From Trichodelitschia bisporula (lineage: Eukaryota): DNA of 64,000 nt. The stretch's first letter is position 1. Every line of letters starts with the position of its first letter. Where the stretch lies: positions 817,933 through 881,932 of the forward strand of contig ML996692.1 in assembly GCA_010356995.1 (NCBI GenBank), in the 5' to 3' direction. Positions 24,629 to 38,687 of the stretch are shown in pieces. Under the pieces are notes generated by a model. The model was not told the DNA's origin and searched no databases. It worked only from the letters and a program-made list of their open reading frames with translations. Position numbers and translations under genes: made by a program.

Positions 24629-27600
24629 TTATTTCGCTCTCCCTTCATCTCCACCTGTATGCTGACGTTGGGGCCCCTGATGCTCCTTAACCTCTTCCTT
24701 AACATGTTCCTTCAACTTCTCCTTTGCGTCCTTCTCCATCTCTTCCTTTGCGTCCTGCTTTACCTCCTGTTCCTTTACCACGTCCAATCCTTCCATCAAA
24801 ACCTCACTCGGCCTATCCCCTTGCACTCCTCCCTTCAACTGTTGTGTCGACCTATCCACTTCCACTCCTTCCGTCCCTTCCTTAACCTCCATCCGCGGCC
24901 TCGTCTTCTCCGTCTTCTTCAGCAACTCCTCAATCTTCGGCAGCAACTCCGGAATACGAAACGGCTTACTAACAACATCATTCATCCCCACCTCCACTAG
25001 CGCCTTAATCTGCTCCTCGCGCGCATTCGCCGTCACCGCAATAATCGGCACATGCCCACGGAGCACACCCTCCTTCTCCCACTCCCGAATCTTGCGCGTA
25101 CACGCCAGCCCATCCATAACCGGCATCTCCTGATCCATGAGTACGACGCCTAGGTTCAGCAGTCCTGCCGGTGTTTTGGCGGACGGGGACGACGATGTCG
25201 ACGAGGTCGAGGGCGAGCTGAGAGCAGACGAGTGGAGAACGGGTGAGCGCGCAACGGAGCTGTCAATAGGGTCGGGCGTGCTAGTTTCCCTTGGCGGCTC
25301 GTCCGGCTCCGCCCCGCGGTGCCACCAGTTCGAGCGCCGGAGGAGATCGAGGCACTCGCCCCCGTGGTTGGCAACGTGCACGACGTACCCGACGCGGGAG
25401 AGCTGCTTCTGCAGGACGCGTTGGTTGACGAGGTTGTCCTGTTCGTTAGCAAGTGGTAGATATCATAAAAGGGGAAACGTACTTCGACAACAAGCACCTC
25501 GACGGGCTTTTTTCCTTCCACGGACGTTTCAGGGGTGGTTTTAGACGATTCAACGGGCGAGGCTACCACTGTTATGGCCTTTTCGCGCTCCTTCTCCATT
25601 TCTTCCTCCTTTTCCTTTTCCTTTCCCTTCCCTTTCTCCTTCTCCTTCTCTTTCTCCTTACGCTTCTTCGTCGTCCCCAACCCCCGATCCAGCCCAGGAA
25701 AAACCCCTCCCTCCGCTCCCGGCGGATTGGTCGCATGTCTCGCAGCGACATAAAACGCAAACGTGCTCCCACGCCCCGCCTCACTCGACACCCCAATCTC
25801 ACCCCCCTGAAGCTCCGTCAGCTCGCGCGAGATAAACAAGCCCAGCCCAGACCCGCCATACTGCACATGGGTGCGCGGGCTCGCCTGGGAGAAGCGCAAA
25901 AACAGCGTCTTCTTCTCCGCGTCCGTGAGCCCGCGGCCCGTGTCGCTAACCGAGAACGACACGTACACGATCTCGCCGTCGCCCCAGTCGGACGCTGTCA
26001 GTAGACCCTCAGCTCCGTTTGGCCGACGGGACGGGAAGTAGTCGACGGGACGGTTGGGGTCGAAAGAGGGACGCTCGTGCGAGGCGGCAAGGGTCACGGC
26101 GATGGTGCGGCGCTTCTCGGTTGTTGTGAACTTGATCGCGTTGGTGGTGAGGTTGATGAGCACCTGGAGGACGCGTTGGGGGTCGAGTTTGACCCAGTCG
26201 ACGCCGAGCTCGGCGACGGATTCATGGACGAAGAAGCGGATCTCGATGTCGGCGGACTGCATTTCGTTCTCGAACATCTTCAACGCGCGCTGGACGACCG
26301 CCTTGGGCTGGACATCTACCGGTGTGACCATTAGCATGTGCGAGTCCAGCTTCGATAGCGTGAGCACATCGTCGACTATGCGCTTCTGGTGCTGGGCGCA
26401 GAAGATGATGGTTTGCGCGGCGTCGATATTACTGGTTACGAGGTCGGAATCCATGTGTGCATTACCACTGGCGACAAATTCGTTCAGCGTAGTAAGGATC
26501 TCGTCTGCGCACTGCAATATCGCGGACAGCGGATTGCGCATCTCGTGGCTCGTGATGTCGATAAAATTTTCCTGCTGGCGCTTAAGCTCCACGGCCTCCT
26601 CCATCTTGCGCTTCTGAAAACCCTCGGCCCACTTCTGCTCGCTAATATTGGTCAGGTTGCCGAAGACACTCTTAAGTCCGCTTTCGCTGCCGTATAAGAC
26701 CTCACTGTCAGTGTCTCTTTCTGGATACGCGCTGAAGAGCACCCAGGTATCGCTGCGGTGTCCGTGGCTGTTATCCCATTGCGCTTTGAAGCGGAATTCC
26801 GCCGTTACGGGCTTACACTGCTCGACGAGTTCCTGCCACAGCAGACGAACACGCGGCTGATCCTCCTCACTGACGGCTTCAATCCACCGATCCGTGCTTA
26901 CGCTATCCTTCGGCACGCGTGTGATCTCGTACCATGTATCGTTGCAGTACGTGATATGGCCCTGAGAATCCGCTATGAACAGGCCTGCGGGCGAAAATTC
27001 AGCCATACGGGTAAAGCGAGTTTCGCTATCCCGGGCCTCCTGCGTCCGTGCCGCCAGCTGCCGTGACAGTTCAAACCGGTCCAGAGCCGCCAGGCGCGCC
27101 GCCTTTTGTCCGCGCCGAATCTCATCCTCGAAGAGGACCACGCTTGCTAAGGAAGTCCCCAACTGGCGGGTAAGAAGTTGTAGGAATAGAATGTAGTCAT
27201 CGTCGTACGGTCGTCGCGGGTTGACACCAATCACCAGGAATCCTAGGATAGAATCACCGGTAGTCAGATGCACGGGGCATACTACAACGGCGCGACACGG
27301 ATCGGGGAATCCGCGCCAATGAATCCCTTCAAGCATGCTATATGGGATTTCGAGCACAGGATCCGACACGGGATAGGGATCGGCAGTCTCGTCGTCACCT
27401 TCGAGGCCAAAGTTCTCGTCCTGCAAGTCCGTCACGCGAAGCAAAAGTGGGCGATCCCCTTTCATAGCCTCTCGGAAGACGGGCCCAAAGCCTTCGGTTC
27501 CAGTTTTGAGGTCGATCTGAGAAGGCGCGCAGACATGGCCCTCTGGCACACCCAAGGCATTTTCCAGTACACATTGCTTGGTCCCCATGAGGGAGTTGGA

Positions 27601-29276
27601 GTGCATTGACGACGAATCCGAGTCGAATTCGTCGCACACCGAGTAGACCAAGACGAAGGGCGTGTCGTACTTGTTGGAATCGAGAGCATCCACCACCTCT
27701 TTCCAGAACGCCTTGACATCCCGCGCCGTCGCCGTGCGCTCGCCAACTTCACGTAGGGTGTGCATGCGGCGTTCAGCAATCTTTCGACGGGTCTTCTCGA
27801 AAGCAGGATTATATAGGCCAGTAACGGCGCCATCTCCGCCAACCATGGGGATTATGGACCACGAAAAATACGTCTCTTCCAAGTAATGCGAGCGGTTCAT
27901 GAATAAACGGTCGTCATCCTGAGGGATCAGTCTCCAAATATGGATAGGAAAACGGTCATTTACCTTCATGGTTGCCTGGCCGGTGAGGCGAGCGTTCAAA
28001 AACACGTCCTTGACTGACTCCCAAATCTCAGGCCACGCCTCACGGTACATTTGCCCCATGAGTCGCGGATGCTTCTGACCAGCGAGTTGCACATACGCCT
28101 CGTTGTAGATGGCAACAAGATCTTCGCCCCAGTACATGGCGGCCGGGTGTGGACTCGCCATCACTAAGTTGCACATCTGGCGCAGGTCTGACGACCAGAA
28201 CTCAATGGGGCCCAGCTTCGTCGACGCCCAGTCAACACTACGCGCAAAACGGATATGCCGTGGCATGTTATCGGTCAGGGGCAGTCGGGTCCAGTCGAAG
28301 AAGCCGATTTCAGCAGTGGTGCTAAACACGTGTTAGTAACCGAAGTCCCAATGGCACTGGGAACCCACAAGTTTACATACGAGAACGTATCTATTGAGGT
28401 CAATACATCGAGCGTCGAAGCGGGCAGAGCTATCGAAAGATCACGGGCGCCATTGGAGGTAGTGTCAGGGCTTTCAGCCATCGGTTGAGTCGGCTCAACA
28501 GTTTCGACGATGGTCTCAGGGGGCACAGTGGCGGGACCGAAGTAATCGGCATGCCCTTCGCGCAGCTCTGAGGCATGCGCTGGGCTTTGGTGAATCATAT
28601 GACTGTCTGGACGGAAAGGAGAGCGAACCATCGAATTAGAATCGGGCGGCTCTGTCGCAGCATACGATGGAGGTGCAGAGAAGCTCGGTGAGGCACTGGC
28701 GACACGGAACCGCTTGCGCATAGTGTAACATGACCAGGACACGCCTCCGTGGATGAACGGGGCAAGCGGTAGAGACGGTTCGAGGGCCTCGCCATTGAGC
28801 GCAGCGCTGAGAATCCATGTCTTGAACTGCCTGAAGCCTCGTGCCGGATCGGATGTAGGAGGTGCAAACTCGCTATGTTTGCTGCCGCCGCTACAGACGA
28901 GATCGAATAGTGCAGGGTTGAGCCGTAGGGAGGAGTTGGCAAAGGGTATTTGCAGCGGACCGTGAACCCAGTTTAGAGGGTCGGCGAGATCCACGACCAA
29001 CGTAGGGCGAGGATCATTGTCGAGTAGCTCAAAGATAGGGATCTGCGAGAGAAGGCGTGAGGTGTCCCGTTCCGCCTATGTCTGGTTAGAGTGTGAAGGT
29101 GAGCACATGGGCGAAGGACGCTCTACCTCTGGTGACAGTCGTGCTAGGGTCGAGTGGTCGCCCGACGACTTGCGTCCGGACAAACCACCGCTCACAGGGC
29201 TCGAACCCGAATAGCTCCCCCGCGCCAGTGTAACCGTCTTTATTGAGCTCTCCTCGGCATGTGTCTTGCTAAGCAT
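24629..29276 (-). CDS. Hybrid histidine kinase (PAS-like/GAF-like/PAS sensors, HisKA, HATPase, receiver)
   Basis: H-box FIDITSHEMRNPL, N-box QVLINLTTNAIKFT, DTGRG, GGSGLGL; receiver VLVVEDN...LMDQEMPVMDG...SKPF. Introns about 29076-29126, 28322-28380, 27919-27963 and 25439-25482. The start is less certain. Confidence 0.92.
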
Positions 29277-30450
29277 TTTCTTCGGTTTGTCCGCCAGAGG
29301 AGCGGGGCACCTTGCGGCGCTTGGCGAGGGATGGAGAGATGGTAGGTATCGTTGAGCGACGGTCCACAGAAGAAGCTGGCGAAAGCTCTGCGCGGCCTGC
29401 TAGTTGTGCCAAAAGCGATCGCAAAGGAAAGACCGATGGTGGGGGAGGAGAAGGTAGAGAGAAGCGGCGTGCGCACGGTATCGAGCCGGTGGGGTTGAAG
29501 GACGTTAAGCGGGTTCCATGCTCAAAAACAGGGAGGCCAGCGGCGACGGTTGGGGGGGTGTACGGGTGGGAGGAAGAGCGGGCTTGGAGAGCCAGCAAGC
29601 AAAGTGCTGTTTGGGGGTAGCGACTTGAAGGGAGTGTTGGTGTGTGAGAAGACGGGGTAGAACGTGTGGCCCACGGGGTCATAAGCGCAAGCTAGAGTGC
29701 CTTGTCACGTTGTGCTGGTCGTGAGAACTGGGACGAGGATGGGCGCACGACATCCAAGCCGACTGGTGGAGGGCAGGGAGGGTGTGTGTGTGGCGTGGCG
29801 GCGTTGGGGCAGTTTGGGGGGGGGGAGATTGGCGTCGGCGCGGGTGGGTTGGGGGAGCGGGGAATGAAGGAGAGTCGACTTTTAGTGTGAACGGAAGCAG
29901 TCACGGCCCGTAGGTTGTTCTTCGGTGGTTGTATTCGTTGCACTGAGGCCATGAAGCTGAAGAGAAGCAGATAGGCCATTTTTACCTTTTTCCTTGTGAC
30001 CGACAATGGGCCGGAGAGTTATAGTTGGACAGGGTTGTTAAGGGTGATGACGCGACTGATGATGAACATGTTGCAGCTGTTTCCCTTTTTAACTCCTGTC
30101 TCTCACAACGGATTTTTATCATAAAACGCAGGACAAGAGAGACGAGGTTGGGAACAGAACATAGAAGCGCAGCCCAGGTTGACAAACCAGTCCAAAATGA
30201 AGCATTCCACAGATGATTAGACCGGAGGCCACACCGCAGGAATAAAGCGGTATTTCGTCAGTGGCGCTCTTGAGGTTGGTGGTCTGCCTTTGCGCCTGAG
30301 AGCTGTGCTTCTGCTTAAGAGTGGTGGCGGTATACGACGTCATTATTTGCAATGGATCAATCTGAACAAAGGAAGGGGGGCATGAGGCGGAGAATGGATC
30401 GGGAGAAGTAGGAGAGAAACGAAAAGGTAGCTGAATAGGGATTGGATGGC

Positions 30451-30475
30451 GAGAGAGAGAGAGAGAGAGAGAGAG
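30451..30475. repeat. (GA)12 microsatellite
   Basis: Read directly from the sequence. Confidence 0.9.
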
Positions 30476-31368
30476 TTCGGTATGTGAGAGGCAAAGACAA
30501 GACAAGAGACGACAAGCACTACCGGCATGGACATGATTCTTCATTGTCATCCAATCTAACTCTCCTAAATCGCTGTCGTCACCATTTCCAGCGCATCGGT
30601 ATCGATGTCATCGCCTCAGGCTGCCATCGCATTGATCTGAGATTCAAACAGCCTACGGTACAGCGGTCCAAGGAGCGCGGTCTGCCCCCTGCTTGAGGTC
30701 TGCCGTCTGCAGCTGCAGATGTACGGTATCCATAAGCCTTGTCCTTCACAGATCGATGATCGATTGTACCTTAGCATCTCGACCAAGGCACGGGATCGAA
30801 GGCACCGAGGAAGCATTATCAAAAGTTAGCCGTCACAACCGAGCTCTAGCCCATCGCCCGATTCTGTACTCTTTATGCAAGATGACAACATGACACCAGC
30901 GACATCTTCCGTCAAATAACCTTAATAGAGCACGTGGAATTTCCACACGATGAGTGGAACAAAGACTGAATCTGATATGGGGGACTCGTCACACCGCGCT
31001 TCCTGAAGTCTTGAAGAAATGGCTTGGAACAGAACGCAGCCTGGCGCCTCAAGCCTCGATGATGCAGGTGGCGTCTCCGGCGTTTATCTGGTACCCCAAA
31101 ACTGCCTCTCGGGAAGCGACCTGAGTACGACCTGCTCAGCTGTGTCGACCTGTCTTTTTGAGCTTTCCGGGGTCCATACCGCATGTCTCATATCAGCTTA
31201 GTCAGTTCAACTTCGGCTCCATCGATGAACCACACTTTCATTTGCCCTCAATCTCCGCTCAATCCGATATATTTGGTGCAACATACATCCGTACATTTAT
31301 CTAGAAGGGCGTAGAGCCGTAAACTTTACGCTCCGTATCTACATGTACAATTAGGGGCACTGACCCGG

Positions 31369-33229
31369 TCACCATTCTGTGATCTCGTCAGGCCGCGGAG
31401 GTTGCATCCGCACAACCTTATCGCAGTTGAGCAGGCATAGAGGGTCCAATGCCAGTTTCATCCGACGCATAAGGTCGACCGTCTGCGGCGACAGCTCATG
31501 TGGTAGGTAGTCGCGCTTAACAAGACCGACGCCATGCTCACCAGTAGAGGTGCCCTCCAACTCAATCGCCCTCTTCACCATGCGATGCACCACCTCCTCA
31601 ACGCGCTTCCGCTCATCTGCTTTTGCCGGGTCATACAGAATGATGGTGTGGAAGTTGCCATCACCGACATGTCCGACAATCGTGCCGGTAAGCCCGCTTG
31701 CCGTGAGATCCGCCTTCGTCTCCTCGATGATATCTGGCAGCCGTGAAATCGGCACTGCCACATCCGTTGTCCACACACGCTCGGCGTCATTCTTCTGCTT
31801 GGCCATGACTGACCACAGTGCTTCCTTGCGAGCACTCCACAGCTCCACGCCTTCAGCCTCGCTCTTCGCGAATTCAAAGGCCAGGCTACCGGACTGCTTG
31901 GCCAGCTTCTGAACTATGGCGATGTGCTCTTTTACAGCGGTAGGCGTTCCCGAAAACTTAAAGAAGAGCGTCGGAGCTTCTTTCCAAGACCGGCTCGTCA
32001 TCCCCGCTTCGTTGATACAGCGCATTTGTACATCATCAAGCAGCTCGATGGCGGCAATGGGCACGGCGGCGTTGACAACGCGGAACACCGTATCGGCAGC
32101 CTCGCGCACCGAGTTGAAACTGCACACAGCGACGCTCTCGTGAGCAGGCTTGGGTGTGACCTTGAGAACTGCCTCGGTGACAAGGCCTAAGGTTCCCTCG
32201 CTACCGATGAAGATCCGAGTGAGGTCATAGCCTGCGGAACTCTTACGTGGGCGTTGGCGTGTCTTTATGACTGTTCCGTCGGCTAGCACTACCGTCAGGC
32301 TGAGCACCCATTCGCGCATTGTGCCCCAGCGGTAGGCATTGGTGCCGCTGCACCCCGTCCCGACCATGCCGCCGATCATAGCACCAGGACCCGGATCGGG
32401 CGGGAAGAACAGCCCGTGTTCTGCGAGATCCTCGTTGAGTGACTCCCATCCCACAGCGGGCTGGACAACAACGTCCAGGTCGTCCTTATGCAGCGCAAGG
32501 ATCTGGTCCATGCGAGAAAAGTCGATGCAGATGCCGCCTCGTGTTGCCGCAAAGTGGCCCTCCAGTGACGTGCCGCCCGAATATGGCGTGACCGGGATGC
32601 GACGATCGTGGCAAATGGCCATTATTTTGGACACTTCCTCCGTTGACTTGGGCTTGACCACCATGAACGGGTACTCGGACGGGAGCTGCGGATGTGAAGA
32701 CCATGGCGACCCAGCATGTGACTCGAGCTCCTCACGGGCGGTTATCACATTATCAGGTCCAGCAATATCGCGGAAGTCGGCCCAGGCAGCCTGGAGGTTC
32801 ACTTCCTTGACGTCGTGTTTCGGCAGGATGGATGCAGAGAGCGGGGTTGTGGATGTAATAGGAGGTGGTTTGGCGGTACTGAGCTGGCCAAAGTAGTAGC
32901 CTAGCAAGCCGAGGCCGATTGCGACTACGCAGTCCTGTTAGTTCATGGAGCTCTTCTTCACAGTTCCGCATACCAATTGCCGCACTACTGCGCCCGCCCG
33001 GACCACCGCGCGCGGCACGCTGCTCTGCATAGCGAAGTTGTTCCTGCTTCTCCTGAGTTACCCGCTTCTGTGTACTCTCATAGAGTTGGCCCTTGAACGA
33101 TCGGCCTCCTTCTTCGCTCGAATAATGTCTAAAGGCGGGGGAGAGGTGGAGCGGGGCAGCACTTCGCACGCATGTCGGACGGAGCGCAACCCGGCAGAAT
33201 TGAGGCCTGGGTCGCAGCAGGGAAGACAT
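31369..33229 (-). CDS. DLD1: Mitochondrial D-lactate dehydrogenase (cytochrome), FAD-linked
   Basis: Arg/Ser-rich presequence and short hydrophobic segment after one intron (about 32925-32973). SGGTSLEGH, FFPPDPGPGA, KSSAGYDL, GHVGDGNFH, TGEHGVG. Confidence 0.93.
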
Positions 33230-33960
33230 TGGCGCTATATGCTTCGTTGTAAGGGAATTACAAGAGAGTCTAGCATGATGCTGCTGCTGCTGAAACTCAC
33301 TGAAAGAACCAGTACCTCTGGTGATCTCGCAGGTTTGGTGTTTCCGACGCCAAGCGCGATCATGGGTGCTCTGCTGCTGCGCCTGCGCTTTGACCAGGGG
33401 TCACCCGAAAAGGTCGTGGCCGTCTCTATCCGCAAAGACGCCCGGGCAAGACGGCCACGATTTTCTCGGGTAGCCCTTGGACCAAGGTAGCGACGGACTG
33501 GAGCCTAAGAAGTGAGCTCCCTCAACCCTTAACTCGACGACTTACAGTTTTTTCATCAACAACCTTCACCTATCAAATACTCTTAGCAAGCAAATCGGAT
33601 GGTGTCGTCATTAGAAGTAGTTCCATTCTGCTCGCGTGCTCGACTCCGATCAACATGTCATGCATCATTGGCGGTGAAAGCCTGTTGAAGTCCCACCGTC
33701 GCGCTGTGGCTGTTGTCAAGCCTGTCATGCCTGTGCAAAGCCTCCCTGGTTGGAGGCCATCCATTCAGCTTTGGTCCCTCCCCTTGTCGCGCCTCGAGAA
33801 TTCGAGGCTTAGCCACTCCCCCCCACTCCCTCTCCTGACAATGCGCTGCAGATGGCGCTTTTGAGGAGTTCGAGGCTCTGTCAAATCCCTTATTAACCCT
33901 CGTGGCCTTCCCCGCCTGTCTGCCTCTAACGCAGCCTTGCGAAAGTTCTCCACTCGTGAT

Positions 33961-36900
33961 ATGGAGGACGATATCGCTGCCGTCGCAGCTCCCCTACCAT
34001 CATATGAGGTGGCAAAGAACCTCTTTTTGGCTGAACTCCCACCAGACCAGAAGGAGGTCTTCAAGGCTACGACCCTTGACAACATTTTCTCACAAGCCAA
34101 GTCGACTTTCCAAAAGCGTGTTGACGAGAACCACGTCCTGCGAGCCCAACGGAAGCTGAAACCTTTGATCGACTGCCTGGAAGGCTATGGCCAGGCAATG
34201 GACACTCTGTCGCAAACGTCCACCCTCATCCTCTGTCCCATCTGGGGAAGCATCAGAGTGGTGTTACACGTGAGCAATACGATGCCCACGCGCGATTTCC
34301 TAACTAACTCTCCAGGCCGCCCAACAGTACGAAAAGTATTACGATAAAATTGTCGACATGTATGCTCGAATTGGCGACAATTTGCCTCGTTTCCTTGTGT
34401 ACGAGCATTTATTCCGTAGCCACAACCGAGTGCTCACAGCCCTCACCGAAGCCTACCTGGACATCATTCGTTTTTCCACGGAGGCCATCAAAATCTTCCA
34501 AGATAGCAAAGAGGCTGGCGGCAGCGCACTTTACAGGCCTACCCATTTTCTCAAGAGACGCTGGGCCCAGTTCGACGATCGTTTCGACGCCTACATCACC
34601 AGTTTCCACCGCCACCAAACGCAAGTCGCCGAGGAAGCAAAGGTTGCCCACTTCATTGAAGCGAAGAAATCCCAGGAACTTGAACTTGCCAGTCGTGAGC
34701 TGCAAAAACGGACGGTAAGGACCGATCAACGAAGGAAAACCCTCGCCCTTCTGTCTGGAATCAACTATCGTGAGATGCACGGTAGAGTGCGCAAGCTCAG
34801 GCATGAAGGAACTGGCGCTTGGCTTACTGATGATTATGACTTTCGGGCATGGCTGGATGAGAAATTCTCGAACTCGTACTGCATCTTTGGAATTCCCGGA
34901 TCAGGCAAGACAGTTTTGGCTTCGGCGGTGATAGACGCCATTTCACCACTCTATCTGGAAGCGTCCACGGTGTTAGCATTTCACTACTGCTACTACGCCG
35001 ACCGTGCCACCTTGACGCCTCGCAACCTTTTTGGAAACATCTCTCGACAGATCCTTGACCGAGTGGATCTCATGTTCCCCGGCGTTGAAAAACTCACTCG
35101 CTCCGCGGTCGACAGCGGCTTCCCACTAAGTACCGAGGACACCTTAAGTGTGTTACTGGATGCCTTGAGGTACTTCAGCAAAGTCTTTTTGGTCTGGGAC
35201 GGGCTCGACGAATTGGCTGCCGAGGATCAGAAGATCGTCGTCGAAGCGATTCCCAAAATTCTTGCGGCATCTGCCAACGTCAAGCTCGTAATCCTTTGTA
35301 GAAGAGAGGAGCATTATCTTCGTCTCGCGCTTCAGTCATATCCTTCTGTGGAAATTACATCCGGCGACAACTCTGCCGACATATCATTGTATGTCAATTC
35401 AATGGTCGAAACAAAAATTGCGGAAGGGGAACTGCTCATCGAAAGCGAAGCGCTCAAGGAAGAGGTTATTGAGCGGCTAATTGTGGGAGCAAAGGACATG
35501 TGGGTCTTCCGCTTGGGAAAATAGAGTACTGCTGATATCAAACAGGTTTCTTTGGGTCCGTTTCCAACTTGAAGAGCTGTGTGAAGCGCTGAATGAGACG
35601 GAAATTCGAACTAAATTGGGCGACCTTCCTCGAGATCTCGCAGACACCTATGGACGGATCGTAGAGAAGGTCTACAAGTCCAAGGATGGCAAGCAAAAGC
35701 TTGCACGAGCCCGCAAGCTGTTCCAATGGATCATCACTGCCCGTCGTCCCATGACTGCTGCCGAGCTGGGAGAGGCGCTTGCACTGGAGGTCGGCGATCG
35801 CACGTTGGACCAACAGCGAGTTCCTGCCAATACGTCTCGAATGCTGGAATGCTGCGCCAATCTTATCGTGTACGACCGGCATGATAACACTGTTCGACTC
35901 GCACATCACACCGTTATGGAGTTCCTGCATCGCATGGACCATCCTCTCCTTCAACAAACTGACCTAGCTCTTGAGAAGGGCGAGGCTGCTGCATACGTTG
36001 GAGACTTGTGCGCTACATATCTTTCTATGGACGACTTTGAGACTCAGCTGGTTCGTGCGGCTGATGCCACTTCAACGATGAAGACGTCAATCCCGGCGGC
36101 GCAACATGCCATGTGGAGTCATGTTCCGCTCGGCAATATGGCGACCAAGCTGGCATCCGTCTTCGGCAGGTCGAACAGGCCCGAGAGCCATTTCACCCTC
36201 AAGGTCCCTGCCCGCATGGAGAAGAAAGACTTTAGCAAACGCTACGCGCTTTTGAAATACGTGTCCGCAAATTGGGCGTGGCATACAACGCACTGCCTCG
36301 ATGCAGAGAGAGAGAGCAACGGCAGCTACTCTCAATTTCTCGACCTTACCTTCCACCGGCGTCTCCCTTTTGATTTCAGGCCGTGGATCGATGGCATCGA
36401 AGCAGCTCCCACGGACGGAAGAGCACAATCACAGAATATGTTCTACTGGGCGATCAACCAAGACCTTCCTCTCTTCCTCAAAATGCTCAGAAGATCACCA
36501 TACGGGGACCTTACCAAGCAATATCTTACCCAGCGGGAGGCTGATACTAAGCCTCTGAACACCTTCGTCACCTCACTTGTCACTAACTCCCCCCAAGTTT
36601 TCAGGTATTTCCTAGATTCGGGCATCGGCTTCAACATGTGGCGATATACCGTCACGCCCTCATACTGGGCAAAAGCAATCGAGCATGTTGCGTGCAATTA
36701 CAACTACGAAGATTTCTCCCTTTTTCTCCGCCTCATGGTACCCACCAAGGCAAAGGGTGTAGAACTTTCCCTGAACCCAGTCTTATGCGAATGTGCCAGA
36801 ATCGGCAACGCAAACGGCGTCCGCAACCTTCTCAAAATGAAAGCCACTCCAAGCATTCGATTCCAAAACCCCGCCTATCCAGACGTCAGTCTCTACGCCA

Positions 36901-38003
36901 TCGAATGGGCGCTAGTCTCCGAAGATGCGGACACCATCCACGCGCTCATGGACCATGAGCTCGACGATCCACCGCGCACCCTCGTCATCGCCTTCATCAT
37001 CGCCCTGCACAAAAACCAACACGACATCCTGCGCCTCCTCCACGGCTTCTTCGAAACCGGCGACCAGCTCACCATGACGCTCGAAGAGGCCTGGTACTCG
37101 GAATCCCCTGACCCCATCTCGCTCATCCTCTCCACCCTCCGCCTCGTCGACGACAGCAACATGCCCCCCGGCATCCTGTTCCAGGAACACATCGACCAGG
37201 TGTACGCCGGCAAGCCGCGCGAGTACCTGAGTCTGCTCCGCGCCCTCGCCGCCGGCCTCACCTCCTCCCCCAAACTCTCCGTCGAAACCCTCCTGTACAA
37301 GCTGCTCCATGCCCACCCGCCGGGCTTCGACCTCATGGCCGCCATCACGGCGCACCTGCTCCCGCGCCCCAGCACCGCTGCTCCGGACCCAGCGGGCAAC
37401 AATGCGTTCCACCTCGCGCTCGCGCTGGGCGACGCCGAGGACCTGGAGGATGTGTGCGAGGCGCTGGGGCGGCCGGAGCGGGATCTACGCTTCTTGTTGT
37501 TCCAGCCGAATGCGGCGGGGATTACGCCGCTGGAGACGGCGACGTGGAGGGATGATGGCGCGTGGCTTATGGCTTTGCTTAAGGGACTTAAGGGGTGGGA
37601 GCCGCAGGTGTGTGGGAAGAGTGTTGCGAGGGTGTTGCATAAGGTTGTGGATATTGTGGTGGAGAAGGAGGAGTGGTTGGGGTTTGTGGATGCGAATAAG
37701 GCGCAGATGGTGTTGGCGATGAAGGAGGCGGTGCCGCGGTTCAATGACCCGGTGCTCGGGAAGGAGTTGATGGAGAGGCTGGAGGATTTGGTTGTTGTTG
37801 AGGTGGCGAAGGAGGAGGAGAAGAAGGAGGAGGAGAAGAAGGAGGAGGAGAAGAAGGAGGAGGAGAAGAAGGAGGAGGAGGAGGAGAAGGTGGAGGAAGA
37901 GGATAAGAGAATTGTGGAGAAAAAGAAGGTGGTGCCGGGAGGCTGGGAGGAGGACGACACGGGCGATCCGGACTGGGGTGGAGGTGGGAAGTGGAAAGCT
38001 TGA
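33961..38003 (+). CDS. NACHT-domain STAND/NLR-like protein with helical N-terminal domain and degenerate ankyrin-like C-terminus
   Basis: ATG 33961; 46-nt introns 34270-34315 and 35500-35545. PIWGSIRVVL N-terminal motif, EGTGAWL, Walker A GIPGSGKT, Walker B FLVWDGLDE, MFLWV, VRLAHHTV; ankyrin-like GNNAFHLA and GITPLETA. Confidence 0.88.
37809..37868 (+). repeat. 15-bp coding minisatellite (AAGGAGGAGGAGAAG)4 encoding KEEEK repeats
   Basis: Read directly in the 3' end of the NACHT gene. Confidence 0.9.
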
Positions 38004-38687
38004 TCTGTAGGCTAGGTTTTTGGATTTTGGATGGGAATCTGGGATATGGGACTTTGGGATGTTATTTCGAGGTTCGGTCTGGGCGGGTCTGCGCTGCCTT
38101 TGGTTGCAGCGGTGCATATTTCCTTTTGGTGTGAGGCGTTGACATTTGTGGGAGGGTGCTTTTCTTTCTTCAGAATACCCGTTCACCATCACGCTTACCC
38201 GCGCTCAGGTCCATCTGTTCATATATGTACGCAAGCGAGCATGGCATATATAGCGATTCAAACTAGACTGCATCTGCTTCTTCAAGAAAATCATGACTGG
38301 CGATGAGAAGACTTCGCAATGTGACATGGTCCACACAACTGATAAACTCTGGAATTGCCAGTCCAAGTTTTTTTGATGCCATTCGCAGGTTGAAGCTAAA
38401 CCCCAATACCGCACAGCCCAAAAAAAAGCGAGGGATCACATTATCCCTAGAGTACACACTGCTTCTTCGCCACCGCCCGGTCGTGATCCAGCCCATCCAC
38501 CCTCCAGAAACCAACCCATCATGGCAAACGCCTCCCAGCCCAAGCGCCGTCCAGAACACCAAAAAAAAAAAAACCAAGAGACCGTCGGGCAAGCCAGCGC
38601 CGCGCGCGACAGCTCAACCCCAGCTACACCTTGCTTCACCCAAACAAACACCCTCCTCTCGTTCTAGACGCACGTCCTTCTGTCTTC

